Shown: one piece after another, positions 9,094 through 19,021 of the stretch
How the letters are laid out: each line of letters starts with the position of its first letter
Numbering within the stretch: the first letter of the stretch is position 1
Assembly: GCA_021323415.1 (NCBI GenBank)
Contig: JAJONM010000008.1
Span: 1 to 51,303, forward strand
Source: Rickettsiaceae bacterium
GTDB taxonomy: Bacteria > Pseudomonadota > Alphaproteobacteria > Rickettsiales > UBA6187
DNA length: 51,303 bases
Direction: 5' to 3'
Program-made: the position numbers and the translations under genes
The notes under the pieces: model-generated
Seen by the model: only the letters and a program-made list of their open reading frames with translations
The model's database searches: none
What the model was told of the DNA's origin: nothing

Positions 9094-10050
9094 ATGTATT
9101 TATCTGTAGTAATCCCTGTTTATAACGAGAAAGACAATGTTCAACCTATGCTTGACGCGCTTGGCAATGCACTTGGTTCAATAGAACATGAAGTAATATT
9201 TGTCGATGACGGCTCTAATGACGGCACACCTGACATTATCAACAATGCCGCAAAAAATCGCACCAATATAAGATTAGTACAATTCCAGCGTAATTTTGGC
9301 CAAACATCGGCCATGGCAGCAGGTATTGACGCAGCTCGTGGTAAGTTCATCGCAACTTTAGATGGGGATTTGCAGAATGATCCTGCTGACATCCCAATGA
9401 TGCTAAAGAAAATTGAAGACGAAAATCTTGATATATTAGCAGGAATTAGAGCAAATCGTAAAGATGGTCGTTTTTTGCGAAAAATACCTAGTAAACTTGC
9501 CAATATATTAATCCGCAAGTTTACCAAAGTATACATCAGTGATTATGGCTGCACTCTAAAGGTGTTTCGTTCGTCTATTGCTAAACAGCTTGATTTATAT
9601 GGAGAGTTACACCGCTTTATTCCGATACTTGGCCATATGGAAGGAGCCAAGATAGCTGAAGTTAATACAAAACACCATGCTAGGCAATTTGGTGTTTCAA
9701 AATATGGTATTGGCAGGACATTTAAAGTTATCAGCGATTTGATGCTTATGCTATTCTTATCTAAGTACCGCCAAAAACCCATGCACCTGTTCGGATCAAT
9801 TGGAACTTTTATGCTGGCAGGCGGATTTTTGATCGAAACATACTTACTACTTCTGAAAATTTTAGGGGAAGATATTGGTGGAAGACCGCTGTTTTACGTA
9901 GGAATACTTCTTATCATTACTGGCGTGCAACTTATCACTACTGGTTTTATCGCCGAGTTATTAATGCGTACATATTACGAGTCACAGGGTAAAAAGCCGT
10001 ATAATATACGCAATACTTTCAGTGGCGGAGAAGTAGATAAGAAGGAATAG
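9094..10050 (+). CDS. family 2 glycosyltransferase, polyprenyl-phosphate sugar transferase type (DPM1/ArnC/GtrB-like)
   Basis: 318 aa: 'LSVVIPVYNE', 'VDDGSNDGT', 'DGDLQNDP' (DxD), then two C-terminal TM helices, as in polyisoprenyl-phosphate glycosyltransferases. Confidence 0.88.
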   Translation: MYLSVVIPVYNEKDNVQPMLDALGNALGSIEHEVIFVDDGSNDGTPDIINNAAKNRTNIRLVQFQRNFGQTSAMAAGIDAARGKFIATLDGDLQNDPADIPMMLKKIEDENLDILAGIRANRKDGRFLRKIPSKLANILIRKFTKVYISDYGCTLKVFRSSIAKQLDLYGELHRFIPILGHMEGAKIAEVNTKHHARQFGVSKYGIGRTFKVISDLMLMLFLSKYRQKPMHLFGSIGTFMLAGGFLIETYLLLLKILGEDIGGRPLFYVGILLIITGVQLITTGFIAELLMRTYYESQGKKPYNIRNTFSGGEVDKKE

Positions 10051-10058
10051 TTTCATTT

Positions 10059-10937
10059 ATGAAGCTCAAAAAAAAGCATGCAATGCTCTTATTAAAAATA
10101 ACGGTTATTGCCGCTTGCTTTGCTGTTATATATAGCAAAGCTGATACTACGAAAATTGCGCAATATTTGAGCATGGTTAATCCACTGGCAATTTTGCTAT
10201 CGTATGCCATTTTAACATTAGCGCAATTCATCAGTGCACTCAGAACGCAATACTATTTCAGGCAAGAAGGATTACACCTTAAGAAAAAGTTTACTGTTGG
10301 CCTATATTTTGTAGGAATGTTATTTAATAATGTTCTGCCTGGTGGTATTGGCGGCGATGGTTATAAATTATATTTAGTCAATAAACTGGCTAATTTTCCG
10401 CGGATGTACATCTTGCGGATTTTCATTTCCGAACGAGCAAGCGGCCTTTTTGCTCTTTTATTACTAGGATTTCTAATAGCGCCATTTAGTGAAGTAAGTT
10501 CTAAGTTTTCCTACGCCAATGTATTAATTATACCGGCATTACTTATTACCACCGCAGGGTATTTTACCAGTATTAAAATATTACTAAAAGAAAAGCCAAA
10601 AACAGCAATTGGCGCCATGCCCTATTCGCTTGTTATTCAGCTTTTAGGCATTGCAATTATTTTAACTATATTTTTTGGCACCGGCATTAATTCTAATAAC
10701 TCTAGCGAAACTAATAGCTATATTATTTTATTCTTAATATCATCAGTGCTTTCTATCCTTCCTATTTCTATAGGCGGAGTGGGCCTGCGCGAATTAACAT
10801 TTATGTATGGCGGCGCGTTACTTGGATTAAACCCAGAACTTGGTATAACAATAGCTATTGTTTATATTGCAGTGAATTTGCTTTGCTCATTGAATGGACT
10901 AATTTTTTGGCATAGATTAGAAAAGTTATATAAATAA
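10059..10937 (+). CDS. UPF0104 / lysylphosphatidylglycerol-synthase-TM-region (flippase-like) membrane protein
   Basis: 292 aa, polytopic, with 'NNVLPGGIGGDGYK' and 'PISIGGVGLRE' motifs typical of the flippase-like UPF0104 family. It begins 9 nt after the GT2 gene. Confidence 0.7.
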   Translation: MKLKKKHAMLLLKITVIAACFAVIYSKADTTKIAQYLSMVNPLAILLSYAILTLAQFISALRTQYYFRQEGLHLKKKFTVGLYFVGMLFNNVLPGGIGGDGYKLYLVNKLANFPRMYILRIFISERASGLFALLLLGFLIAPFSEVSSKFSYANVLIIPALLITTAGYFTSIKILLKEKPKTAIGAMPYSLVIQLLGIAIILTIFFGTGINSNNSSETNSYIILFLISSVLSILPISIGGVGLRELTFMYGGALLGLNPELGITIAIVYIAVNLLCSLNGLIFWHRLEKLYK

Positions 10938-10947
10938 AGGTATTATT

Positions 10948-11502
10948 ATGGTTGCATTACAAACTCCAGAATTACAAAAAAATTGGCCAGCGCCTAATTT
11001 TTCATTAAAAAGTACTGACGGAAAAACCTATTCCTTAAAAGATGTAAAAGGCGAAAATGGGCTGGTGGTAATGTTCATTTGCAATCACTGCCCTTATGTT
11101 AAAGCCATTCTTGATAAAATCGTCAGTGATATGGCTGATCTAAAGGCACAAGGCGTTAATGCCATTGCTATTATGTCGAATGATACTAACGAGTATCCCG
11201 ATGACTCATTTGATAATATGAAAAAATTAGCAGCAGAAAAGAACTTTCCGTTCCCTTATGTAATTGATGAGACGCAAGAAATTGCAAAAGCATATAGTGC
11301 TGTATGCACCCCTGATTTCTTTGGCTTTAACCGTGACTTAACATTACAATATCGCGGCAGGTTAGATAGCGCAGGAAAAGAAAACAAACCTGTTCTCGAG
11401 CGCGAATTATTTAATGCCATGATACAAATAGCACAGATTGATACAGGGCCAGAAACCCAACATCCTAGTATTGGGTGTAACATTAAATGGCGAAATGAGT
11501 AA
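10948..11502 (+). CDS. thioredoxin-fold protein (AhpC/TSA-redoxin-like, CxxC)
   Basis: 184 aa. 'LVVMFICNHCPYVK' is a CxxC motif in a redoxin-type context. The layout is conserved among 'thioredoxin family protein' genes. Confidence 0.8.
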   Translation: MVALQTPELQKNWPAPNFSLKSTDGKTYSLKDVKGENGLVVMFICNHCPYVKAILDKIVSDMADLKAQGVNAIAIMSNDTNEYPDDSFDNMKKLAAEKNFPFPYVIDETQEIAKAYSAVCTPDFFGFNRDLTLQYRGRLDSAGKENKPVLERELFNAMIQIAQIDTGPETQHPSIGCNIKWRNE

Positions 11503-11506
11503 TAAA

Positions 11507-12403
11507 TTAATATCTACTATTATCTTTCTCAGACATAATATTTACTGAAGCAAATTTATTTTCAGCACCTGGGGAATATAGAGGTTTAATTGACTCCTTT
11601 TTTTGAGCCTGTTTTGTTGTCGCGCTATTTTTATCACTAAAAAGAGCTAAATGCTTATCATTATTCAATAAAGCTTTTTTCCCTGCAGTTGCAGGAGCAA
11701 CTGCATCTTTCATTACCTGCTTTTGTTTTGGTTCTTCATCTACTTGTTTATGCCAATCACATAAAAAAGCCTCTGGGTCATCAATCCAAAGATTGCTACG
11801 ATGCTCTTTAACAACATTTTGCTTTGCATTTATAGCCTTATAACCCAAAACAAATATTTTTGCTTGCAATTCACACAAAGCACGGTTCGCATTTTTATGA
11901 TATTTCATTTCCTCATCAGCTTCTTTTATTTTTTCAGTAAGCAAACCGAAAGCTTCAGCTTTATGATAACCATGTTTCTCAAACTCACTGACAATTTTAA
12001 GAGTATCTTCTAAGAAAATATCTTTGCAATCTCTAGTAATGAACTTCACATTGTTAATAGTTGAAGTAAGCTTTTCTTTGAGTAGCCTTTCATTACAAAA
12101 ATCAAATCCTTTTATATCACCCTTATCATCAAGTAAGCTATTCTCTTTAAAAGCAGTAATAAGACTTGATACAAACTCATTGTAATTAAAATATTCATCA
12201 CCTCTTAAATTATCATTTTCATCAATAACACCAACATCTTTTAAATTACAAACTAAATTCTCCAGGAATTGCCCGTATTTATAGTCATGTCCTACAATAT
12301 TTTGATCTTTTTCATTATCAATAACCCTGGCATCCTTTAACTTATAAAATAAGTTTTTTGCCAGCCCAAGATATTTATCTTGGTTTTTTGTTTTTCCTCT
12401 CAT
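11507..12403 (-). CDS. hypothetical protein with three degenerate ~32-aa N-terminal repeats
   Basis: A 298-aa ORF filling the gap between flanking genes. It has the internal repeats 'L..L...LKD..VID......G.(D/E)(Y/F).Y..F'. I recognise no family and see no clear SD. Confidence 0.55.
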   Translation of the reverse strand: MRGKTKNQDKYLGLAKNLFYKLKDARVIDNEKDQNIVGHDYKYGQFLENLVCNLKDVGVIDENDNLRGDEYFNYNEFVSSLITAFKENSLLDDKGDIKGFDFCNERLLKEKLTSTINNVKFITRDCKDIFLEDTLKIVSEFEKHGYHKAEAFGLLTEKIKEADEEMKYHKNANRALCELQAKIFVLGYKAINAKQNVVKEHRSNLWIDDPEAFLCDWHKQVDEEPKQKQVMKDAVAPATAGKKALLNNDKHLALFSDKNSATTKQAQKKESIKPLYSPGAENKFASVNIMSEKDNSRY

Positions 12404-12473
12404 GTCAACACACTCATAACAATTAATTTGTTAAGGATATTAACACGAGTGTACGGTTAACGCAACAATAGAA

Positions 12474-12866
12474 CTAGTTTACCGCTATTTTTACATGGGG
12501 ACAATCAAGCGAGAAAGCAGGAATTTCAACCTTAAATAACTCTTCCGCCCTATTAAGCATCTCGTAATTACCCATCATTACACCAGATGGAGTATTTAGG
12601 TGTACACTACTAGCATACTCAAACTCTTCACCAGGGCGGAGTATAGGCTGCACACCAACAACACCAGGCCCCGATACTTCCTGCACCTGGCCTTTATCGT
12701 CAATAATAACCCAGTGGCGATTGATTAGCTGAACTGTTTCGGTACGGTTGTTTTTGATGCGTATCGAGTATTCCCATATGTAATATCCAGCAGAAGGCAT
12801 TGATTGCTCTTCTTCATATTCTGGTTCAACATCAATTGTTATAAAGTTGGTGGTTTTGGAATACAT
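12474..12866 (-). CDS. apaG: ApaG (DUF525) protein
   Basis: 130 aa. 'YIWEYSIRIKNNRTETVQLINRHWVIIDDKGQVQEVSGPGVVGVQPILRPGEEFEYAS' is the canonical ApaG pattern. Confidence 0.9.
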   Translation of the reverse strand: MYSKTTNFITIDVEPEYEEEQSMPSAGYYIWEYSIRIKNNRTETVQLINRHWVIIDDKGQVQEVSGPGVVGVQPILRPGEEFEYASSVHLNTPSGVMMGNYEMLNRAEELFKVEIPAFSLDCPHVKIAVN

Positions 12867-12941
12867 AGTTAAATCTTGTTAAAATCGGAATGTATAATAG
12901 ATGCTTACTTATATAAGTTCCATAGGTAACATTAGCTAATT

Positions 12942-13916
12942 TTACAGTTCTACAGCAAAAGGCCTTTGTAATAAGCTTTTTATAGTAATATCGATATCAA
13001 TACCCTTGTGAAGTATATCGTTTATTGCCATACATATAGGCATATCTATTTTTAAGCTTGCAGCAAGTTCTGCAACTGAGGCGGCGGTCGCCACGCCTTC
13101 AGTTAACTGATTACTCAACGGCTGCCCCCCCCCTAAAGCAATTCCTAGTGACATATTACGTGATGTACTACTTCCACAAGTTAGCATAATATCCCCAATT
13201 CCACTTAAGCCCATAAGAGTAGAATGCTTGCCGCCTTTTGCTGCACATAAGCGCGATATTTCTGCCATACCGCGAGTAACAAGCGCCGCACCGGCATTTT
13301 CTCCAAGGCCACGACCAATTGCAATTCCGCAAGCTATTGCGATAACATTTTTTACCGCACCACCTATTTGCGCTCCAACTACGTCCTGGCTATAATAAAG
13401 GCGGAAGGATTGGCTGGCTAAAATATTAACTAGCTCAGTTCCTAACTTCTCATCAGTGCATGCAAGCGTCGCACAAGCCGGCAAACCTTTGGCAATTTCT
13501 GCAGCAAAATTTGGACCTGATAAGACAGCAACAGGATTATCAGGAAGTATTTCCGCAATAACTTCACTCATTAATTTACGTGTGCCCTGCTCTATTCCCT
13601 TACAACAGATAACCAGCGGCACAGAATTTTTTAAAAACACAGTTTTTATATTAAGGCAAACTTCCCGCAACTTTTGTGCAGGAATAACCATAAGCAGCAT
13701 GTCACTTTCTACAACCTCGGCTAAATTATCTGTAGCCTTTATACTTGCAGGTAATTTTATTCCAGATAAATAGCGTTTATTTTCATGATAATTATTTATG
13801 GATTGTACAACCTTTTCGCCATGAGACCAAAGCAATACTTCATTACCAGCATTGCTACTAGAAACTGCAAGAGCAGTGCCCCAAGCGCCAGCGCCAATTA
13901 TACCAATTTTTTTCAT
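12942..13916 (-). CDS. gpsA: NAD(P)H-dependent glycerol-3-phosphate dehydrogenase
   Basis: 'KIGIIGAGAWGTALA' Rossmann motif, 'GPNFAAEIA', 'GAVKNVIAIACGI' and 'SRNMSLG'. ATG 13916 forms an ATGA overlap with the upstream GT4 stop. The track start 13922 is a TTG. Confidence 0.95.
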   Translation of the reverse strand: MKKIGIIGAGAWGTALAVSSSNAGNEVLLWSHGEKVVQSINNYHENKRYLSGIKLPASIKATDNLAEVVESDMLLMVIPAQKLREVCLNIKTVFLKNSVPLVICCKGIEQGTRKLMSEVIAEILPDNPVAVLSGPNFAAEIAKGLPACATLACTDEKLGTELVNILASQSFRLYYSQDVVGAQIGGAVKNVIAIACGIAIGRGLGENAGAALVTRGMAEISRLCAAKGGKHSTLMGLSGIGDIMLTCGSSTSRNMSLGIALGGGQPLSNQLTEGVATAASVAELAASLKIDMPICMAINDILHKGIDIDITIKSLLQRPFAVEL

Positions 13917-14971
13917 GCACAAACCTTTTTATTAATCACTTCCTGTAAAACATTATCTAGCTGTTTTGCTACCACAGGAACAGAATATTTTGAAACAAGT
14001 TTTTCGTAACCAGCTTTTGCTAAATTATCCGCCTTTTCTTTATTTTGAAGCAATTCCTGTAAAGCGTCAGCCAGCGCCGCTGCATTTTCCTTTGGAACTA
14101 ACAAAGCATCTTTATTATGCTCAACTATGTCTGCCGGGCCATCAGCATCAGAAACCACCACTGGCAAGCCATGTTTATACGCCTCAAGCAACACAAGGCC
14201 AAACTCTTCTTTTCTGGAAGGAAAGCAAAAAATATCTATAGTTTCATAAAACTCATCAGGATTCTTAATCCAGCCAGCTAAAATAACTTTATCTTCCAAA
14301 TTATTACATTTTATTTGGTTTATTATATCGTTCTTCAGCTCACCATCACCGCCGAGTTTTGCAATAAATTTCACTCCACGCTTATCCAAAATAGCAAGAG
14401 CTTCAATAAAAACATCAATAGCTTTTTCCTTAACCAACCTGCCCAAAGTACCAATAATAGGAGTATCATTCCAAGCTTTAGGTAAACTAGGCGGAATCTG
14501 CTCTTTTAAATTAATTGCTATTGGAACGTTATATGCCGCATGCTTCTTTCCAAAAAAATCACGATACTCGGAGAGCCTCTTTTTGTTTATTACAATAGTT
14601 GCGTAGGTTCTACGTGATGGCCGTGGTCCTCTACCATGATTTACATCTATTACTGGTATCTTATTGCGCACAATATATTTCATTAATTGTGCTGCCCTGC
14701 TACCATGTGCGATAATCACATCAGGATTAAGTTCCTTTACCAATTTATTGAAATATATAAAATTAGTTATATTCCATAACTTTAATTGGCCAAATTTTTC
14801 TGACTTGATAACATTAGAACCGATATCCTCCAGCCTTTTAACAAATGGGTCGGAAGGATTAACTATAGTTGTAACTTTATTGCCTGAACTTAACATAACA
14901 TTCGCATAATCAAAAACCGCCTGCGGCTCACCACCATGAATATGATTAATCTGAACATTAAGTACGTGCAT
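13913..14971 (-). CDS. family 4 (GT-B, group 1) glycosyltransferase
   Basis: The C-terminal half has 'FCFPSRKEEFGLVLLEAYKHGLPVVVSD' (the EX7E-type GT4 motif). The N-terminus 'MHVLNVQINHIHGGEPQ' is typical. ATG 14971 lies 1 nt after the ileS stop. The track start 14995 is a TTG. Confidence 0.85.
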   Translation of the reverse strand: MHVLNVQINHIHGGEPQAVFDYANVMLSSGNKVTTIVNPSDPFVKRLEDIGSNVIKSEKFGQLKLWNITNFIYFNKLVKELNPDVIIAHGSRAAQLMKYIVRNKIPVIDVNHGRGPRPSRRTYATIVINKKRLSEYRDFFGKKHAAYNVPIAINLKEQIPPSLPKAWNDTPIIGTLGRLVKEKAIDVFIEALAILDKRGVKFIAKLGGDGELKNDIINQIKCNNLEDKVILAGWIKNPDEFYETIDIFCFPSRKEEFGLVLLEAYKHGLPVVVSDADGPADIVEHNKDALLVPKENAAALADALQELLQNKEKADNLAKAGYEKLVSKYSVPVVAKQLDNVLQEVINKKVCA

Positions 14972-14972
14972 T

Positions 14973-17597
14973 TTAAGCAACCTTACTAAGTCCAATCACC
15001 ACCTGTGCGCCTTCAATTTTTTGCTCAAAACGATGATTGCTATTTCCGGCAGTGCCAAGCTCTACAGAGTTCGCTAAAGTTTGCTCAGCAATATAATTAC
15101 CAAAACTATCGAGCGCGGCCATAATATCATCGTTAGATGTTTCGATATTTAAGGCAATACGGTCAGTAATTTTCAAATCCGCATCTTTACGTGATTGCTG
15201 AATAAACCGCACTAAGTCCCTGGCAACACCTTCTATTTTAAGTTCATCAGTTATATTCAAATCAAGTATAACCAATGCATCATTCGATGATAGGCTTTGC
15301 GCACCTTTTTTATCTTTTGGCTCTAATAGCAATGAACATTCTTCACGCGTCAGAACTTCCCCGACTACTTCTACCAAACCATCTTTAGTTTGCTTCCAGT
15401 TACCTTGCTTAGTCGCAGCGATGATGTCTTTCATTTTTTCAGGCAAGCGTTTGCCCAAAACCGGGAAGTTTACTTTTAGTTTCAAATCAGCTTTAGCAGC
15501 AACATCAGCGCTGAATTTTACATCTTTTACATTCACCTCGTCTTTTATAAGCTCGGCATAATCTTTTAAGCGATCGGTATCTTTATCGACTATGGTCAGG
15601 CTGGCCAATGGCTGACGCACGCGGATATTTTCCACGCCGCGGATTGAAAGCGCAGTGTTACAAGAATCACGCACTCTATCCATATCATGCACCAGGTGCG
15701 CCTCATCACCAATATGCTTAACATCAGGGAAATCCGCCAGATGCACACTATCTTCCTCACAATCCAGCCCCTGCCAGATTTTCTCGGAAAGAAGCGGCAG
15801 AAGCGGACTAACCGCGCGACACATAATATTCAACACACTATAAAGCGTATCATACGCCATGATTTTATCGCCATCGTGCTCTGATTTCCAGAAGCGGTCT
15901 TTATTACGGCGGATGTACCAGTTATTCAGCACCTCAAAAAAGTTTTCTATGGTTTTACAGGCCAGTGGCGTATCATAAGCATCCATAGATTTTTCAATTT
16001 TCGAGACAGCATCTTTACATTTTGCCAGTATGTACCTATCCATCAGATTATCCGAAGATGGATGATACTTCGCTTTTATTCCATCAGCATTAGCATATAG
16101 CACAAAGAAGCTATAGCTATTCCATATTGGCTTTAATATGAGACGCACTGCGTCGCGCACCATGTTGCCTTCTTTGTCGATTAGCAGCTCGCCACCATGC
16201 ATAACCGGGCCTGAAACCACCGCCCAACGCATAGCATCAGCTCCATACGAATCAAAAATACCCATCGGCTCTGGATAATTTTTAAGCCTCTTAGAAAGCT
16301 TTTGGGTTTCCATTTTGCCTGTATTTGGATTTTTCGTAGGCTCTCCTAAAACAACGCCATGACATATACAATTTAAAAATGGCGGACGGTCAAATAAAGC
16401 CGTTGAAAGAACCATCAATGTGTAGAACCAGCCACGCGTTTGTGCTACATATTCTACAATAAAATCTGCCGGAAAATGATTTTCAAACCAGTCTTTGTTA
16501 TCGAACGGGTAATGCGCTTGCGCATAAGGCATTGAGCCAGATTCAAACCAGCAGTCAAAAACATCCTCCACGCGGCGAAGCGTATACTCGGGGTCAAACG
16601 GATCAGGCTTGGTCAGTTCATCAATAAATGGCCTATGCAAGTCTTTAACTTCTACATCAAAAAATTCTTCTAACTCTTTGATACTTCCGAATATATAAAG
16701 TTCTTTATTCTTCGGATTATCCGAACGCCAGATAGGTATCGGCGCACCCCAGAAACGGTTACGCGATATCGACCAATCACGGGCGTTTTCCAACCATTTG
16801 CCAAACTGCCCATCTTTTATGTGATTTGGAATCCAGTTTATTTGCTGGTTTAGCTCAACCATGCGGTCTTTGAATTTTGTTACTTCTACATACCAGCTAG
16901 GCAATGCTTTATAGATAAGAGGAGTATCGGTACGCCAGCAATGTGGGTAACTATGAATGTATTGTTCAGGGTTGCCAACCAGCAATTTTTTGTCTTTCAA
17001 GTAACGGATTACGTACTCATTACCCGTTTCTTTATGGTTACTATGCTCATCCCAGATTACATGCTTTCCTTTTAAGCTTAGACCCTCTATATCTTCAAGC
17101 TCAGCCGTATATCTGCCACTGTTATCAACCGGACATACAACATCTATACCGTTTTCTGCGCATATGCGCTGGTCATCTTCACCAAAACCTGGGGCAAGAT
17201 GAACTACGCCAGTGCCCGAACCTTCCTCAATGAAATCACCAGCAAGAATTTTAAATGAATTTTTTTGCTCAGCAAAATATGGAAATAATGGTTTATATTT
17301 TAAACCAACTAAATCTGAGCCTTTTATAACATTGATAGTATTAAGTTGATAACCATTATCTTCATCTTTTCGTTGACCTAATAATGATGCGTGTTTGTCA
17401 GCAGCACTTTGTGCAAGTATGTATTGCTCACCATCTTTTTCTACGACTGCATAATCAAACTCTGGCTTTACAGCCAACGCTAAATTACTCGGTAATGTCC
17501 AAGGTGTAGTTGTCCAAGCCAGTATTTTTCTACCATCCTCCAACTGGAAAGCAACCGTAACCGCCTTATCCGCTCTTTCCCTATAGGAATTGTCCAT
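14973..17597 (-). CDS. ileS: isoleucine--tRNA ligase, type 2 (eukaryote-like), C-terminal 874-aa fragment (frame interrupted; see findings)
   Basis: Contains the editing-domain block '[11 protein letters not shown]', 'KLSKRLKNY' (KMSKS-type signature) and the anticodon-binding region. It lacks the HIGH half, which lies in the upstream overlapping ORF. Confidence 0.9.
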   Translation of the reverse strand: MDNSYRERADKAVTVAFQLEDGRKILAWTTTPWTLPSNLALAVKPEFDYAVVEKDGEQYILAQSAADKHASLLGQRKDEDNGYQLNTINVIKGSDLVGLKYKPLFPYFAEQKNSFKILAGDFIEEGSGTGVVHLAPGFGEDDQRICAENGIDVVCPVDNSGRYTAELEDIEGLSLKGKHVIWDEHSNHKETGNEYVIRYLKDKKLLVGNPEQYIHSYPHCWRTDTPLIYKALPSWYVEVTKFKDRMVELNQQINWIPNHIKDGQFGKWLENARDWSISRNRFWGAPIPIWRSDNPKNKELYIFGSIKELEEFFDVEVKDLHRPFIDELTKPDPFDPEYTLRRVEDVFDCWFESGSMPYAQAHYPFDNKDWFENHFPADFIVEYVAQTRGWFYTLMVLSTALFDRPPFLNCICHGVVLGEPTKNPNTGKMETQKLSKRLKNYPEPMGIFDSYGADAMRWAVVSGPVMHGGELLIDKEGNMVRDAVRLILKPIWNSYSFFVLYANADGIKAKYHPSSDNLMDRYILAKCKDAVSKIEKSMDAYDTPLACKTIENFFEVLNNWYIRRNKDRFWKSEHDGDKIMAYDTLYSVLNIMCRAVSPLLPLLSEKIWQGLDCEEDSVHLADFPDVKHIGDEAHLVHDMDRVRDSCNTALSIRGVENIRVRQPLASLTIVDKDTDRLKDYAELIKDEVNVKDVKFSADVAAKADLKLKVNFPVLGKRLPEKMKDIIAATKQGNWKQTKDGLVEVVGEVLTREECSLLLEPKDKKGAQSLSSNDALVILDLNITDELKIEGVARDLVRFIQQSRKDADLKITDRIALNIETSNDDIMAALDSFGNYIAEQTLANSVELGTAGNSNHRFEQKIEGAQVVIGLSKVA

Positions 17598-18174
17598 ATG
17601 AGTAAGGCATTACGCGCATGGACTCATACACCAGCCCCTTGTCGTAAAGCTGTTTGAATGCCCAGATTACCGACTCCATGTAGTTTTTATCCATGGTTTT
17701 ATAGCCATTCTTGAAATCGACCCAGCGCGCCTGGCGCTCGACATATTTTTCCCATTCGCCAGAGAATTTCATCACCGATGTGCGGCATTGATCATTAAAC
17801 TTGTCTATGCCATATTCCATAATTTTGTGGCGGCCAGATATACCAAGCTCTTTCTCCGCGCCCATTTCAGCAGGAAGGCCGTGGCAATCCCACCCAAATC
17901 GGCGTTCAACTTTTTTACCTTTTATAGTTTGGTAACGGGCAAAAATATCTTTAACAAAGCCAGTTAATAAGTGGCCATAATGCGGCAATCCGTTGGCAAA
18001 TGGAGGACCATCATAGAAAACGAATTCGTTATCCTTACCTTCCAGGTTGGACGCACGGGCTTCAACTGATTTTTCAAATATCTTGTTTTCACGCCAAATT
18101 TTTAGAACTTCTTCTTCTATTTTTGGGAAATCAGGATTGCCTGAAACTTCGGCGTAATATTTTTTCTTTTCCAT
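17581..18174 (-). CDS. ileS: isoleucine--tRNA ligase, N-terminal 197-aa fragment (HIGH region)
   Basis: '[24 protein letters not shown]' (class I HIGH signature) and 'GWDCHGLP'. It ends in a stop 17 nt inside the next ORF, in a different frame. Confidence 0.9.
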   Translation of the reverse strand: MEKKKYYAEVSGNPDFPKIEEEVLKIWRENKIFEKSVEARASNLEGKDNEFVFYDGPPFANGLPHYGHLLTGFVKDIFARYQTIKGKKVERRFGWDCHGLPAEMGAEKELGISGRHKIMEYGIDKFNDQCRTSVMKFSGEWEKYVERQARWVDFKNGYKTMDKNYMESVIWAFKQLYDKGLVYESMRVMPYSYGQFL

Positions 18175-18249
18175 AGTACCATATAACCAATAATCGGGAG
18201 GATATATGATACAGGTTTTTTGGCTGGTTGCAATTATATAGTAATTACC

Positions 18250-18579
18250 TTACCGGCAATCCCTATAACCAACATGTGACATAATTTTGCATAACGAAGT
18301 AGATATCGTTTCGCTTAGTTCGCGGGGGTTGAACTTATCCTTTACATTTGTCGCAAAAGCCATGCATGCATCTACAATTGCATTGAGGCTGCCTGAAATA
18401 TCGCCATTGGCAAAAGCATCTACTATTCTTGTAAGATTTTCAGATGGTGTATTAGCCAGAAAGAAAATTAGTCCACCACATAGTATAAGAATAAAGAAAA
18501 TATTAAACATCGATTTTGGTGCATTAATTAGCATAAATACCCGCTGAGTAGTGATTATATTATTAAGCAATAATACCAC
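18250..18579 (-). CDS. hypothetical small membrane protein (start uncertain)
   Basis: An ORF with one predicted TM helix (FNIFFILILCGGLIFFLA) followed by a soluble region. I see no SD and no recognisable family. Possible starts are at 18534 or 18510. Confidence 0.35.
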   Translation of the reverse strand: MVLLLNNIITTQRVFMLINAPKSMFNIFFILILCGGLIFFLANTPSENLTRIVDAFANGDISGSLNAIVDACMAFATNVKDKFNPRELSETISTSLCKIMSHVGYRDCR

Positions 18580-18623
18580 CCGCTATTTGGCAAGACAATA
18601 TTAATTGACATAAAGATTAGATT

Positions 18624-18821
18624 TTATTTCTTCGAAGGCAGTTTTACCTGCTTATACAACCGCCAAAGATTAAATCTCTTATGCTGTGCTGGCTTGATTT
18701 GCAGAACCAACCGAAATAACACAAAAAATGCAATGACAGTAAGAATTACCGGACTTATCAGTATAGCAGTCAAGCCAAATATATAATTCAAATTACACCA
18801 CCGACAGTTGAGTTGCAACAA
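18624..18821 (-). CDS. hypothetical small membrane protein
   Basis: A 65-aa ORF with one TM helix (LTAILISPVILTVIAFFVLF) and a basic tail. It is supported only by ORF length and hydrophobicity. Confidence 0.3.
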   Translation of the reverse strand: MLQLNCRWCNLNYIFGLTAILISPVILTVIAFFVLFRLVLQIKPAQHKRFNLWRLYKQVKLPSKK

Positions 18822-19021
18822 TCATACACACCCAACAATACTTGTAACGATCGAAAACACAACCAGAATAAAATCACAACACACCATAAAGTTGTAGAGG
18901 GGTATATATTTCCGATGGTATTTTTAACGCCAAACTATATGCCAAAGATTTTTATACTATTGTACTTTTGCACGTTTTAGTTATTCTTGATATTATTAGC
19001 ATCACCAGATAAGGACAAAAT

